A stretch of 64,000 nucleotides of DNA from Blasia pusilla (lineage: Eukaryota), in assembly GCA_050084515.1 (NCBI GenBank), contig CM114271.1, positions 39,804,001-39,868,000 on the forward strand. The letters run 5' to 3'. The notes beneath the pieces are model-generated. The model was not told the DNA's origin. It saw only the letters and a program-made list of their open reading frames with translations, and did not search any database. The translations under genes and the position numbers were made by a program. Each line of letters starts with the position of its first letter. Position 1 is the first letter of the stretch. Shown here one piece after another: positions 1 through 14,800 of the stretch.

Positions 1-387
1 CCGGAGAGGAAATTTAGAGAGTCTGATTCAGGAATGTGGTCAGCGTTATAGAGATTTCTTAGAGCTTCCTCTAACCGATACCTTCATTGTAGTCGATGGA
101 AACGTGGATCGAGTAAATATTGAACTGAGGGTAAATGTCTCATTATGCCCGTGGTTCCATGTCGATTTGGTCTGAATTGCGAAGGTTGATTGCATGATTT
201 TTGCTCTCAAGAGCATCTGGCAACCATTTTCACTATCTTGAATTTCGTGATTTTGCTACGAGAGCAGATGTGCAGACTTTAGCAGAATTCACTATCAGAT
301 GATAGTATATGTTATGACTACGCTAGCTGGATTGTAAATGTTGCACATTCTGTTCCTTGATCATGAGTAGATCTTACTGTCGAACAG

Positions 388-3300
388 GCCAAAATTCAAA
401 AGGAGGATGCTAAGAAGGTTGCTGTACACATTGATGAAAATGTGCCGGCACCATCACCTCGATGTAATTGCTCGGTAAGTCGGATTTTCATTTTGAACTT
501 CCGTCTTTGTTGGTCTAATGGATGGGTTTTAAATTCTGGTGTGGTTAAAAATTTAAGCATGCGTTGAATTGTACATCGTAACCTGGATCTTCTGGACTTA
601 TTTCTATGTCAGCACTTTAGTCGAAGCGATTCAACGAATGCCCTGAAACTACTATCGCAATGAACTGTTCTTGGTCCTGTTCCTTTGAGGTTTGTCGGAT
701 CGTAGTTACCGAGTTGGTTACTCAGTTTTGATGTACCCTAAATGTGAACTGACTCGTATTGTCCCTCTTCCGAAGACAGTATTGAAGATTACATCAATTA
801 AGGTTAAGTTTGTCTGGATATAAAATCGTCAGTAGGCTTCAGGGCGATTGTTTTAGTTTTTGTGATGATATGGCTCACGATCAGCTTAAGTTCAAAAGTT
901 GTTGTACTAGTGTATAGAAGCTGCCCAGCATGATAACGAGCTAGTTGGTTTATTGGAAAATTGTCTCCTCTCTTGCATGTTTCGGCAGGTCACTGTAAAC
1001 CCTGCAAAGGAAACCGAGTTGATCTTTTATGGAGGTGAATATTACAATGGTAACAAGGTGAGACCTTTACAGATTTGGTGTGGAAAATTTTGGTATAATT
1101 CCTTGGGTATATGTACGCGTAGTCCAGTCTTCATTCGCTGGATGCCTTTTCTGAGACTAGATGAAGTGAAGCATTCTCCAGCAACTCTACTTTCAAAAGA
1201 TCTGCTCAAACACCAGCCTGGACCTGTGGTCCATTCATCTTTTAAGATCGAAAAGATGCTGCTTTGTGTCTAGGAGCACAAGTTTGCTCTTTATGAACAG
1301 GTATCAGAAACACTTCTGATGGCATGCTCACTTGAAAAAGTTCCAGACGTTCGTTTATGGTGACCTTTACAGGTTTAATGTGGAGAAGGGAGAATGGAAA
1401 CTAGTGTCCAGCCCAAATAGCCCACCACCAAGGAGTGCTCACCAAGCTGTTGCATGGAAAAACTCTCTCTTCATATTTGGTGAGTGTTGAGTTCAGGTTT
1501 TGACATGAAGAATGAAAAGAAAGGCTGGAAATCAAATTCATCTAAATGCAAAACACTCTAATAAGTTGCTCTGTCATCTTTTTTCAGGTGGTGAATTCAC
1601 GTCCCCAAATCAAGAAAAGTTCCATCACTACAAGGTAGATTGGTGGGACCTACTGTGTGAATATTTTAGCATCTTTTCCCGTCTGCAACAAATGGTGAGA
1701 AGGTGGTGACAGTCATGGATCACCGGGGGTTAACAAAGGTTTGAAGAGTTTAATTAGTCATGCACACAAGTCAGTTAAAAAAACAAGTACCAACCTCGAT
1801 GTCATCTGATGTAGATTGGCCACAGGGATTTGCTGACATAAAATTCATCAACCCCCTGAGTGGTTAATCATTGACTCTATATTGCAAAGGAAGACGTAGT
1901 TGCTTTGTGCATGTTGGAATGCTTGTTTTACATTTTGAGCAAGAACAAGCTCCGTACTCCGATCTTACTAGATTTGGATTGTCTCATCAGGATTTATGGA
2001 GATTTGATTTGCTAACAAATACATGGGAGCAGCTGAATCTGAAGGGTGCACCAAGTCCTCGATCAGGTCATCGAATGGTAATAGGTCTTGACTTAAGTTT
2101 ATCTCATGGTAGTGAGTTCCATCAACTGAAAAATCAGTATGTTCAAGAACTGGCTTTCTTGAAGGCACAATTTGTATCTCTACACCTTTGGTATGTGTTG
2201 ATATCAGTCAGACATCATAGAATTTCTTCATTCAACTCAAGGGTCCTGTAAAATCAACTTTTATTGGATCAAACAAATAGTAGAGTAGAATGGAGGAATT
2301 ATGGCAGACCTCATCCCAATGCAGTTCACAGTGAGACTTGAAGGCGTACAATCTGAAAGTCTTATCTTGGATGTTTTGTCTGAGCTGACCAAGTGAGCAG
2401 TACAGTGATTAGTTCTGTTTTCAGTTGAATTCTTCGAAACAATTCTGGACTGTCTGAAAGTAGCCTGCACGTGCAGTAGAGCAGTTTTTCATATTTCTGA
2501 TTACTCTTCCTTACATCTAGATCTTTAATGCTTTAGGGTTATGCATGAACTGTGCTCCAGTTCAATTTATCTCCTGCCTTAATCCTCTTTTTTTCCTAGT
2601 GTAATGCTCAGTGGCAGCCAGGAAAGTTTGGCAATAACTGCCCTCTGTGCCTTGTTATGTAGGTTGAGAATCTGGCCTCGCTTTAGGTATTCAAATGCCC
2701 TGGTATGGAGAGCTTTGATTTTTTTCCTATGATAATTGGTGCATTTTTATCTTTTGGGTCTTAAGTTCTCTTGCATAGTCTCATGGTGGAATCCCTCACC
2801 TTGTATCTTAAGGCATAATATAGGTCTTACTTCCCACCTGTTGGAGCTATAGGAGGCCTAGCCCCAAATGAATCAATAAATTTGTCGGCTGTCTTCATCC
2901 CTTCATCTTTCAGACAATTTTTTTTCTATTCTCACAGTGCCTGTGCCATTTCTTGCAAGCTGTTGACTTGTGTGGAGCATTCCATCTGTCAGCGACTCAG
3001 TCTGATGTTAAGTTCATTTTCCAGCATGGGTTGGAGATGATGCAGGTATCTAAATGTAGTGCATGTGAGATTGGTTGATGCAGATTTTGTGGAAGCATAA
3101 GATACTCTTATTTGGAGGCTTCTATGACACCCTTCGAGATGTAAGGTGAGTAGAAGTAGCAGTTTTTAGTTGATGTTTGCCGTTTATCCAAGCATGTAAA
3201 TGTGTGTATAGTATGGAATGTTCTGTAGTGAGACTGGATGGGTGAGTGGTCTGATCTAGCAACCTGATGTTCAAATTGTGTTGCAGGTACTTCAATGACT

Positions 3301-6300
3301 TACATGTGCTGGACCTTGATGAATACAAGGTTAGTGGAATGTCCTATTCATGTTTCTTGTACTGTGGAAATCAATGTGTACCCATCTCTTGATGTAATGA
3401 CCTTTTGTATATCTGTAGGAAACTCAGGTGACATTTTAACTGCACCTGTTTGAGTTACTAAATAAATATACCTGGAAGGGTTTAGCATCTTCTTCAACCT
3501 TACTGTGACCTGGGATCATGAATACTAGTTTCAGAATTTCCTACGTGATGCTTGCTCTGTTGTGTTCCATCCTGGTAGCCTCGATATAAGGGCCATGGTC
3601 AAATTTTCTAATGTGTAAAATCAATTTTGCCAGCATAAAAACTTTTTTACTCACCCAGAAAGACTTATGTGAACCACTTCCCTTAAAAAAATCCTGCCCA
3701 GAAGACACATGTCAATTTGAGGTGTTGAAAATCAAGAATGTATCCTCCCTCAATAGTATAATTAGATTATGGGTGACAAGTGAAACACAGTCGTGCACCT
3801 GTGTAGACACTGCTGTCCTAAGAAAAAAATGTTTTAATGTTTGCAGTGGCAGGAGGTCAAACCAAAGCCAGGCGCTCTTTGGCCGAGTCCCCGGAGTGCC
3901 TTCCAGTTTGCTTCTCTTGCGGATGAGGTCTGTCGTTTGCAACTGAGTTAGTTCTTTATCTTCCATTGTGTTCGTCACTGCAAAATTCAGTCTGAGTGTT
4001 ACATATTTGAGCAGGGATGCTGTAAACGCTTTTTAGCTCATGTGTTGGAGTTGCTGATGGATTGTACAGATTTTTCTGTATGGAGGTTACTTTAAAGACT
4101 ACACGAGTACAGAGAAGGATACTAGCGAGAAAGGAGTAGTACTAGCTGACATGTGGAATTTAGATCCTCGAACCTGGGAATGGAACAAGGTGAGCTTAAG
4201 ATGTTTCTAAGTATGTCACGTCTGGAAGTATGTGATGAAGTAGTCTTTCTGTAAGATGATTCGCACCTAATTATCACTGCTGATGAGAATTTAACAGACC
4301 ATCACAACCATTTCAGGTGAAGAAGGTGGGACTGCCTCCTGGACCACGTGCAGGTTTCTCTATGTGTGTGCATAAGAAAAGAACAATTTTCTTTGGTGGG
4401 GTTGTGGATAGCGAAGATACAGGTTTGAACTCACCAGTATGACAGATACAGCTTTGAGATACAAGTCTTTGATCTATGGGGGTTCAAAGTTTGTGTGATT
4501 GTGAGACAATTTATTCTTTGTGGGCACAGAATTCTGAACCGTTGGGAGGTCTAGTTTGGAGAGCTGTTAAAGTAGTTGATGGGTGAACAAGAAATGGGGT
4601 TTTTCCTCTGTAGGCAATTGATGCCACTGAAATTTTTGTACCTGCAGGTGATTTGCTGAGGAGCATCTTTCTGAATGACATGTATGGATTTCAGATGGAT
4701 AATCGGCGATGGTATGGTGGTCCTTCGTTAATTCTATAAATTAAGCAGTGAAATGGAGTGTGATTTCTCAACCTCAGGAAGCCTAACAGTATGCTTCTCT
4801 TGGGATTGACAGGTATCCCATGGAGTTGCGGAAAGCAAAAGTGACAAAATCAAAGGTAGGAAGTTGGATCCATATGATTAGACAATTATTAGATCTCTCA
4901 GTAGATTAAACCAGAAATTTTGCGTTACAAATACCATCATGCCCAAGTTGATTTTGTAGAAACCTTTTGTCCTTAATTGGCAGATGAGGGGACAGGCAAG
5001 TCGGAAAGACCAGGCAAGCTCAGGAGATCAGCCAAGTCTGGAAGCAGCCAACAAACCCGAAGTGGTGGTTGATATGGAAGTTGAAAAGAAGGAAGAACTT
5101 GTGGAGCAAATGAAAATGGCTCTTCTGAAGGACACTGACATATCAAGTGACAACTGTGAAAGTATTGATGATTCTTCTTATGGGAAAGATGAGGTACACT
5201 AGGCACATCAATCTTATTTCTCATTAACTTCAGGTCCTTTTGTTTAGGTCATCAGCCCTCATCTCAAATAAGAGATATACTAAGAAGATCAACCACTCAT
5301 TGTTGACCGCTGTGAGTTTCAACGCTAAATGTTTTCTTACCTTCCACACTCAGACAAAGATGTAGAATTTTGTCGGACTCTCCTTTTGATGCTGGCTTCC
5401 ACAATCAAAGTTTGTAGTATGTTTATTTGACCAGATCCGGGTGTGCAATGAGTTGGTTATGACCGGGAAGGTTAATCTAGACTTAAGTTTGCTATCGCAT
5501 GCCTTAGATGTCATTCATGAAAGGTAAAGTATTGTAATTTTCCCTCACTAGTGTACATGGGTGTATATTCATCAGTCATGGATGTTGGACAGAGAGGTCG
5601 TCACCTGAGCTGATATTATTGGACTCTGAAGAGAACTACTGTCAATATTAGATACCAGGTGTAATGAGGTTGACGATAATAGCAGATAGCAGGTGTATAC
5701 AGTTCTGCTAATTTCACACTCGTCCCATCACTTGCAGATTGTTCGACCATGTGGACGTATAAATGCTGCCATGGTTGTAGGCAAAGATACCCTGTACCTA
5801 TATGGTGGTGTAATGGAGATCGGTGACCGTGAAATAACTTTGGATGATTTATATACCTTGGACCTGAACAAATTGGATGCATGGAACTTAGTAATTGAGG
5901 CAAGTCTCTGTTTCCATTAGTTCTAGCTGGTCTATTCACTGAAGCTACGTGATGATTTTGTTGTTGGCTGACCTTCATGAAAGCCTGAGTGCTCTATTTC
6001 AGGAGAATATGTTACAAATGTTATGCGTTGTGAAGTTTTCCATACTAGCAAATCTGATCCAAGGTTGTACATCTTAAGGGTTTATTCCCTTTTGTGTGGG
6101 ATGTCTTCATATTTTAAGCAATGGAGAACAGGCTTCTGGAGTATTTTCATGTTGAACCATCCAGTGGTGCCCACATTCCATCAAATTATATAGGATATTA
6201 CAATGTTGAAGGCTATTGCACTGATTTTAAGTAGATGACCACCTCAAATTCGCTCGTATGCTCGTCATTGCCTCTTTCTGGATTTTACTGCAGATTACAT

Positions 6301-8067
6301 GAGTAAATCCGGGGTGATAATTGGTAGTCCCACTTTTGCAGGCAACAGAAACTGACTGGGTTGAGGCAAGTGAATCTGAGGAGGATGATGATGACGATGA
6401 AGAGGATGGCGATGGCGAAGGCGATGAAGAAGATGATGACGCTGACAGTGATGTTGATGAGATGGATAGAGATTCCCAGGTGAGACTACCTCAAATTAAG
6501 TGCATTTGTTTATTTTATCCTGTTCTATCGTTGGTCAACAAGCTCATTTGGACAGGTTTGTGGTCAAGAGATTCGTGCAGAAGTTGATGAGTTTGCGAAG
6601 GTTAACGTGAGTCGTAAAATAAAGCAGGACTCTTTTAGAATCATGTTTTTGTCACCAAATTTACTCCAGACAATCTCCAAGAATCTGGATTTGTTTGAGG
6701 GCAGCCAGATAAGTCCGTTTCTAGGTTGTGATTGCTGCATGAAAGAAACATTATGTACCCCCATACGTCAAGAATGTACCTAGCCGACTAAAAACAGTGT
6801 TGCTCTCGTTAGCAATTCCAATTGAGTTTATCTTCTCAACTATCCTAACAGTGGAATATCGCTCCTCAATGCCGAACTAAGGAATGCTCTGAAAGACTTC
6901 CAAGTTATTACTCTTTCCATTCCTCCTCTCTATCACACTCCCAACACCATGACACGCCATCCTTTGAAGATTTAAGGGATGACGTTTCACTACTATAGCG
7001 TGGAAGGCTGGAGATTTTCTTTAAGGTACAGATATTACAAAATCTTTTTCTTACTGCTCTACATAGCGCGCACTTGGTTCAATCCATTATTTGGTTGAGG
7101 TCGCATGTTTAACCTGCTTTCTAATCCTTTCTTGACGTATGGGGGGTAACAGAGAGACATCGCCGAAAGTTCAGCGGTGGAGGCTGCGGCTGCAGTTCTG
7201 AGAGGTGGTGGCCGTAAAATGTCCCGCAAACAGCGAAAAGCAGAGATAGAGAGAATACGAGCAGAGCTTGGACTTGCAGATGCACAACGGACGCCCTTGG
7301 TACGTCCTGTGCTTTCATACAAGAATCTTTGCAATAATCTTCACACTACAGTGCTTAGCATGTCACGATCGATATTTTATTGTTTGGCGCTCGGAATTAT
7401 GCATGTTCTGACCACGCCAAATGTGCAGGCTGGTGAGACACTGAGGGACTTCTTCAACCGAACACTTATGTATTGGCAAGAGGCTGCGTATGCACACACG
7501 CAACACACTGGCAAGGTACTTAAGGAGTCAGCGTTATCCTTTCACAACTTGTTTATCACCGGATTCATCTGTGATGACTAACTAGTCGATAGACAATGCC
7601 ACAGGCCTGGTGTATCTTGTCTAGAGATACCGCTACCAGTCACACTTTCACAGGACAGGGCATAGGCATCTCCTTTTGGTACGCATACAGTGAACCCTTG
7701 GTTGCACTCCAGAGTAAGATTAACTGTGGCGTCTGGATGTGGCCGTCCAAGCAGGAGCTCCGCAAAGACGGATTTGATCTGGCAGAATCGAGATATAAAG
7801 AGTTGAAGCCTGTACTCGACGAGGTACATATAATTGATGGGATCACGTCTGGTTGCTTTCAGCTGTCCCGTTCTGCAAAAGAGAACTCGTCATTACTTTT
7901 CTAGGGTTGTGTATTAGATGGCTAAACTCTTCGATACTGATTGGAAAAACTCTATGCAGTTGGAGAAGCTGGAGAAGGACCAGAAGGCAGAAGAAGAAGA
8001 GGATGCTTCTCGTATGCTTTCATTGAAGAAATCCAAGGACAAAGCGAAGGCGGCTTCACGTCGGTGA
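388..8067 (+). CDS. KLHDC4: Kelch-repeat protein, KLHDC4-like, with C-terminal DUF4110; 5' end lies outside the window. Exons: 388-474, 989-1057, 1347-1479, 1588-1634, 1991-2077, 3084-3145, 3287-3329, 3847-3927, 4070-4189, 4317-4422, 4648-4711, 4813-4855, 4984-5193, 5738-5899, 6342-6479, 7153-7299, 7429-7515, 7755-7823, 7960-8067
   Basis: Phase-consistent AG/GT-bounded exons give PSPRCNCS-VTVNPAKETELIFYGGEYYNG, PPPRSAHQAV, GGEFTSPNQEKFHHYKDLW, PSPRSGHRM, FGGFYD, PGPRAGFSM, RPCGRINAAM, an acidic tract, then DAQRTP-GETLRDFFNRT..YW..ELRKDGFDLAE; stop TGA at 8065-8067. The middle low-complexity exons are least certain. Confidence 0.92.
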
Positions 8068-9078
8068 CACTGTAGCGTCCAAGTAGCTATAGTTTTTGGG
8101 CTTTGATATCAAAATGGTCATACGGTTCACATTACATATATATACTCATGTTACTTAAAAAAACCGAATTTGGTGTGAGGATAAGTGTAGTGTTTGAATC
8201 TGCTGGTGGCAATTTTGGAAGGCTTTTTCGAGAGGTGTTAACAGTTGCCTTAAGCGCCGGTTGCAGGCACTTCCATATTGGAATCACGGTGGCCAAGTTT
8301 GAAGTTCGTACAGAAATTTGAGTAGTTTCGCACACGTGAGCAAAGAATGGTTCGTTCGGATGTTAAGGTCCGAGTATCCAACTCATATGAAGGTCGGAGT
8401 CAGCAAGTCGAATTTCACCTGTAGGGCCGTAGGCATGACGGATAGTCATAACCTTGTGTCCGTGCCTTCCATCGCGTTTACTAGGATTTTTCCTACGAGT
8501 TAATCCGTTAAGGTACCGGGCCGATCTTTCTTTCCGGAATGCAAACCAATTGCAGCCCTCTTTGACTGGAGTAAACACCACATCGGTCGGTACGTATGTA
8601 CGTAACAAATCATAACTGCTATCTGATGGCTCCGAGTTTCAGGTTGTAAAATGTCGTCTGATATTGCCAGGGATCTTCACGGTGAATTCTTCTCTGGATG
8701 TGATGAACAAGGCACTGGAGGGGCGTAGATCGCGGAGAATTATCTCGTGGTTGTGGTTTTGTACCACGGCAGCATGAGCCCAACAGGGGACGCGGGGAGA
8801 GAGGTGGAGTTGGGGGGAGTCCAGCGGAGTGGAATGAAATGGGTGATTGAAGGAATGCACCGTTTCGTCCCATCGGTCCCACAGCGATCCATGCTGAGCA
8901 GCGATTGACCGAAGCAGAGCTATGGAGGTACAAAGGTGATCGTTCCATATACGCGGAAATCGCGTCGCGGATTTCTGTTCGCCTCTGCATGCGATATCGC
9001 AATTTAGGGAGACGGCTCGACTTGATGAGGTTGTAGTCTTTCAAATCGGACAGAACTTTCTTCTTGGGGCCTGAGACG

Positions 9079-10035
9079 ATGCCCTTCTGTGGCCACTGCT
9101 CTCAGGTCATCAGCTGTAGGACATGTGTTGAGTATCATCAACCTGTGTTTTCCGTTCCGAGGGAGAGAATCCAAGCGATTGATGCCTGCCTCGAGTGCAC
9201 AGAGGATTTGAAACGAAGCGTGCAGGAAAAGACAAAAAGCGTGGCGGATCTGAGAAGGACGGTGATTTGTCTCGAGGAGCAGCTTCACTTTTTGAGAAAG
9301 TTAGAGCCTAAACCGGGGAGTGAAAATTTTAAGGGAGACATCAGCTTTATAATAGAAGACAACAAAGCTGTACCCGAGGTTGTTCAGGCGCATCAGTTCG
9401 TATTGGTGAGCATTTCGGCTAGCTTCAGATTGCGTGAGGTTTTTTTGGTCAAAAGTTTGCAAGGAACGGAAGATAGAATTTAGAACTTTTGATTGTCTAC
9501 GGATATTGCTACTTCTGGCTTTAGCTTCCTAAGAATACGTTCTAGATGAAAACCTACCGCTCTCTCTATCGTGTTTATGGCAGATCAAACTGTAGCTTGG
9601 CAATTCTGCTTTGAATTTGATCATGACGCGGGTGCAGTTGTTGCTTGTTGGCAGGCCAGCAAATCCCCCCTGTTTCGTAATATTTTTGACCCTGGCATGC
9701 ACGAAAAACTGCCTGCAACCATACATGTCTACGACACGACAGCCCCGGTCCTTCGTGCGATGGTAAACTTCTGCTACACGGCAGAAATCACCTACAATCA
9801 TGAGGTGACACCTGAGAGAGTTTTACGAATTGCACATAAGTACGACATCCTTGAACTGAAGAATCATGCCGAAACGGTTCTCGTCCAGGGCATCAACCAG
9901 GACAACCTCGTTCATACGATAAGAATGGCTCATAAGCTGGAATCGACGGTCCTGAAAGAAGCAGCTATAGCGTATTTTGAAACTCACTTTTCAGACGTGA
10001 AAAACTTCGTTATTGACTCACTCGTTGGACGCTAA
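9079..10035 (+). CDS. BTB/POZ domain protein (~235 aa) with N-terminal Cys motifs and coiled coil; exons 9079-9405 and 9655-10035
   Basis: ATG 9079 (MPFCGHC..CRTC..CLEC), then GDISF..VQAHQFVL|ASKSPLFRNIF..LRAMVNFCYT..LRIAHKYDILELK typical of BTB; GT at 9406, CAG ending 9654, phase 0. Confidence 0.88.
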
Positions 10036-10564
10036 GTCACAAGGGCCTCGATATCCTCCTTGACCGTGTCGGACGGTTTTGGTGCTTAACATAGTCAATG
10101 GATGGCATGCGAAAATTGCGCAATCTACAGAGTCTCCTATAATCCCCTTCATCGCCGTAGAAGGCAACATTCCACTGTCCACGGGAAGGCTCACCTCACC
10201 CTAGCTGTGGATGTTCACAGACTAGAGTGCTTGAGAAGGCTCTTCCCGGCGGAGGAGGACGTCGAACCGCACAGGATACTCTAGGAGGCCCATCGCATCC
10301 TCTGAGGGCAAAAGACAGTCATGCCCCCAAGAATGTAAACGCATCGTTATGAATTGCCCACGATGGCCCGTGAGGCATCGGTTATTGTTGGAGCACCGGA
10401 ACCAACTTTCTGCCGTCTTGCGTACATTCGGTCCGTTCGTGACTCCGAACCTAAGTTCCACACTCGATTCAGCTGACCCTGCGACGCTGCCAGATACGTA
10501 CAAAACCATCCTCATACCAAGTTAGTTAGGGTCGGGAGATGGAGAATGGTCGAGAAACCTCGAT

Positions 10565-10740
10565 CATCCTTACAGATCGTTGGCATATCGAAATTCGAGG
10601 AAAGGTTGCCCAGACGACTTCGAAATCAGGAAGAGCTTTATGTGGTTGTTGCGAGGCCCTCTCTCAACAACCACATAATGACCAGTAAGTAGGCATTTTC
10701 GGAGGGTTGTCAGAATGTTATGCCTGGACCTGTCGGGATG
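10565..10740. other. Long imperfect fold-back with perfect 14-bp core stem
   Basis: ttatgtggttgttg (10638-10651) is the exact reverse complement of caacaaccacataa (10665-10678); outer pairings gacgac/gttgtc, ggcata/tatgcc, catcc/ggatg. Confidence 0.55.
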
Positions 10741-11849
10741 CTGTTGACTCAGCATCAATTAATGGAGTGAGTGGGACTTCTATACGCGATCCAGGGGACT
10801 TAGGCACTATTATGTTAAGTGAAGATGTTGTATGCATGGACTATTCTTTGGGGTTGCTTTCCATGTGTTGGTGTTGCTGTTTCCGATGGAGCTTCCTTCA
10901 ATACTATGTTCCCTACTTGAACTAATATGCGGCCTTGGTTTAGGGGGTTTTTTTAGGCATGTTGATTCATATTTTTTGGAAACTTTTGAGTATTTTGGCA
11001 TGTTAAAAATTTCGGTGGGAGAAGCGCTAACATGGGGAGGGGTACTAACACGGGGAGGCATAGCAAAAAGCACTAACATGGGGAAGTAACAATGTCCAAA
11101 ATGTGAAGCAAAATGTTATGGTTCACATTTATATTCACATGGGGTTCACATTTCTATTCTGTTCGACAATTGAGAAGTTGCTTGCATTTTGCAGTTTCTG
11201 TATTCAAAATTGAGTACTAATAGGGGCTCTACCAATTTAGTCTTGTAAAAACAAATTTGTGGGGAAAGTGATTTGGAATTGCAAGTACCAGATTATCATA
11301 TGTATTTATTGCATGTGGCTCATTATGTCCAAAAGATATTTCATTTTAAATTCTATAGATTTGAGATTAATTGATTGACGGATGTAGCAAACTTTAGGAG
11401 GGTCAAAAGTGGAGTTGGGACTATAGAGGAAATCGCCACGCCTTCAAAAGAAATAGGTAAGGTAGATGGTCGTGAAGCTACAACAACATAGGCTTCGTGA
11501 AAATCTTTTAGAACCAAGAAGTTGACCGAATATTGCCATGCTTAAATTATTGAAAGAGGTGTAATGGAAGATGAAACATATAGCGAGAAAGTATTAAGAC
11601 CTTAGAAGGGTTTTGTACTTCCTTATTTTGAGAGGTCATACGTGACTTACTTTTAGGAGGTGATCTATGAGTATAGTTTCTTAACCATCCATCACCCTGG
11701 GATCGGATGGATGTGAGATGATCACATCTCCTCAATTAATTACCCTCTGTTTGTAACTTTCCTCCCTCCGTATTCTTCAATTCCGTTTCTCCTACAATAT
11801 TAGTCTCCGGCCTATTAATCTTCTCCTAACCCTGGTGAATATATCTTAG

Positions 11850-14800
11850 ATTAAAACCAAAAAGAGGGCCGTTTAAAAAGAAATGTTGAGAAAACAATTG
11901 TAAAACATTTGTAAGCCATGCGTGTCCATTTCTGGCACCCCCACATGTCCTCCGCTATACAGTGCCACGCGTCCGCCAGCAGCCGCCCCAACGGTCCGTC
12001 CGTAATGGACGGACGTCGGTGGTCTGCAGGTCTTCCGGAGGTGGGTGCCCGTCATCGATTCAGTTCCGGTGCGCTGGGAGACCGAAGCTTTGGTCTTTAA
12101 TAAAGTCGGGAAGAGAGGAGCGTTTGTACTTGATTGCCTGATTTTGGGGCCGCGAAACAAAAGCGGTGATAAAATCCAATCGCACCGAAGTGACGCTTGC
12201 CATGAAGGCGGAGTCGGTCTCGATTGATTTTCCCAACCACTCGCGAGTCGAACTCATGCTCTTGTACCCCTTCGCTCCGGACTCCGGACTCGTGCCCAAC
12301 TGCTCTCTTTGTGCTTGTGGCAGAAATGATGCCAAGCCAAGCTCACATCTGCCCTTCTTTTCGTGTGGGGTCGAGGTCGCTTTGCTTCCGGACTTTCGGC
12401 GTGTCGAGGGATGGTGGGGAGGGTTCTCCGCACATGGTTCTATGGGGAGAGAGCTTCCATTGTTACGTGGGGCTTAGGGTTTAGGGTTTCCAAAATGAAG
12501 AAATTGCTTTGGAAGCATCGCATTAGAGTGAGTTGATTTAGGGTCCCTAGAGGAACACCATGCGAGCTGTGAATATAATGGGCGTAGTGCATAGAATGCA
12601 TAAGGTCGGAGGGAGGGAAGCCCTTCCCTTGAGGGCCCATCTTTTTCTGTCCTACTGGAAAAATTGACCGAAATAGAATTGGAAATTCTTTCCAATTCTA
12701 CATTTTCCTTCTTTATTCTTGGATAATATAATGTGAGTTTCGTCAAAGCTTTGGATCCTCTTGGTGTGCATTTGGCATGCTATCCGGTTGGGGGTCAAAG
12801 GATTGCCACTCATGATATTGTGTAGGATATTATGTTCTCTATTCATCACGAGAATGATTTCCATGTGTAGAGAGAGTGACACTACTCCATGCGAGATTCT
12901 TTTATTCGTGCTAATCTTTATATGAGGAAGGAGGTTGAGGTGGTGATGGTGACCAGAGCTGTAGTCATGAATACTATGTGGAAGTATATATGAGCCCATG
13001 TGGTAGCACAAGGGAGATTGCTACAAGGAGCAGCGTTGGTGGCAATAAACAAGATCCATCTCTAGAGTCAACTTTATGACAAACACCAATTTATCCCCCT
13101 ATTCGTAGAGATGTATAGGGATATGGTCATAGAGATCTACGAGGCTATGCGGAAGGGGTTTCATTCGTTCCTTACGGATTGTACTCATGATCTCAAGTCA
13201 AAAAAATATGTTATCTTTAGCTATTACGATTCTTTATTGTAGGCAATGAATCTTCATAGCTTTGTAGCATGCCCAAGCCAATGAGTTTTTGAGGCGGACT
13301 AAGGACATGGCAGATGCTACTGCTAGAGGCCCTCTTAGTGGTAGCCATATTTCTCTAGGTGTAGCTGATATTGTCTCTGTTGTTGATAGGGGGAGAGAGG
13401 CCACCCCCCGCCTTTTCTTTTTCTTTTTCTTGCGCCGGATGTGGCCTTTATCCACTCAAATGATTAAGTCCCCCTTGATCTTTTGTTCTTTAAATGGGTT
13501 CCCCCATCACCCTTTTATGCAAAATTTCTCTTCTCTATGTCGCTCTTTGGAGGGATGGAGGGCTTGTCTTTCTCTCTTTAGAGAATGGAAGGTCCCTACA
13601 TCAACATCCCTACCTATCTCGACCTCATCCATCTCAATCTCATTCTCGTTTCACTCTATCACTCTACTCTTTGAAATGAGGGTTATTATGTCATAATTGG
13701 TTGACCATTAGAGTTTTACTATGTCAAAAATAACAAGTTGTTTGGTTGCATCCTTGTCATGAGTGGTTATATGAGGTTGAGGTCAACACCGTTGCGTTGG
13801 GATTGATGTTTTCAACAACTTCCTTATTTTATATTTCAGATGTATATGTGAGTAGATGGCTCCCAAGAGCCATGTATCTCATGTTAAGCCCAAGAAACAC
13901 TCCTTTAGGGTTTTGTAAAAGTTAGGTTGTTAGAGTTTGGATTCTCTTATGATGGAGGGTGGATATGGCTTGACAACATCATGTATGATTATGAGTTGAT
14001 GTAGTTGTGAGGGTAATTTTTACTTCCATTACATGAAAAAGATGATGGGGATGGGAGGGAATTTTCTACGTGTAGGTGGCTAGTCTAATTTCCTTATTGG
14101 CAAGTCACGGGCCATGCGGGGAGATGAATCAAATGATTAGTAGTTCTCATTTTTTTTTGGAAGGCCATGCGCATAAGCATTGATCATTTTTCCACAAGAA
14201 TTCTTGATGGTGACTTGATATATGCACAAAAAAAATTGATGGTGGAAAATAGGGATCGTATGTGGCCATAAGGCTATTGTCGTTGAACGACGACTCATCG
14301 TTGCATAAAAGTGAGGAACCAACCGAAAATTGATGAGACACAAGAAATTTAGGGAAAAGATCTTAAGCATCAAATGAGGGGTGTTTATATATATAAAGGA
14401 TTATATTGCTAGATGCGGTGAATGTTGGATCACATATAAATTTTCAAAGATTATGACGGATAGACCTTCAACCACATCAAGTATGTGCTAAAAAACCTTA
14501 TGATGGAGGTCCAAGAGCATCCAACTTGACAATTGATAGGATCTTTAATTGAACCCAAGACAATGATCTTAGGTAGCTACTCATAATGATAAACCATAAT
14601 TTGCCCTGGCTAATAGGATGGAAGAAGAGATCCAAGCTAAGTTATACGTGTGGGCTTAAGGTGTTTGTTGTGTGGGTCTATTAAACTTCCAACAAACTTT
14701 TGTTTGTGATGTCTTTCAAGAGGGTGGCATATCTCATGCTTGACATTCCTTCTTGATGTGATTCTTATGGAATAATGGGCATATTGGTACTACATGGAGT

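Noticed and set aside
5435-5523. Possible extra KLHDC4 exon (open frame, AG/GT bounded)
   Set aside because: It ends in phase 2 and I found no stop-free partner exon restoring frame before 5738.
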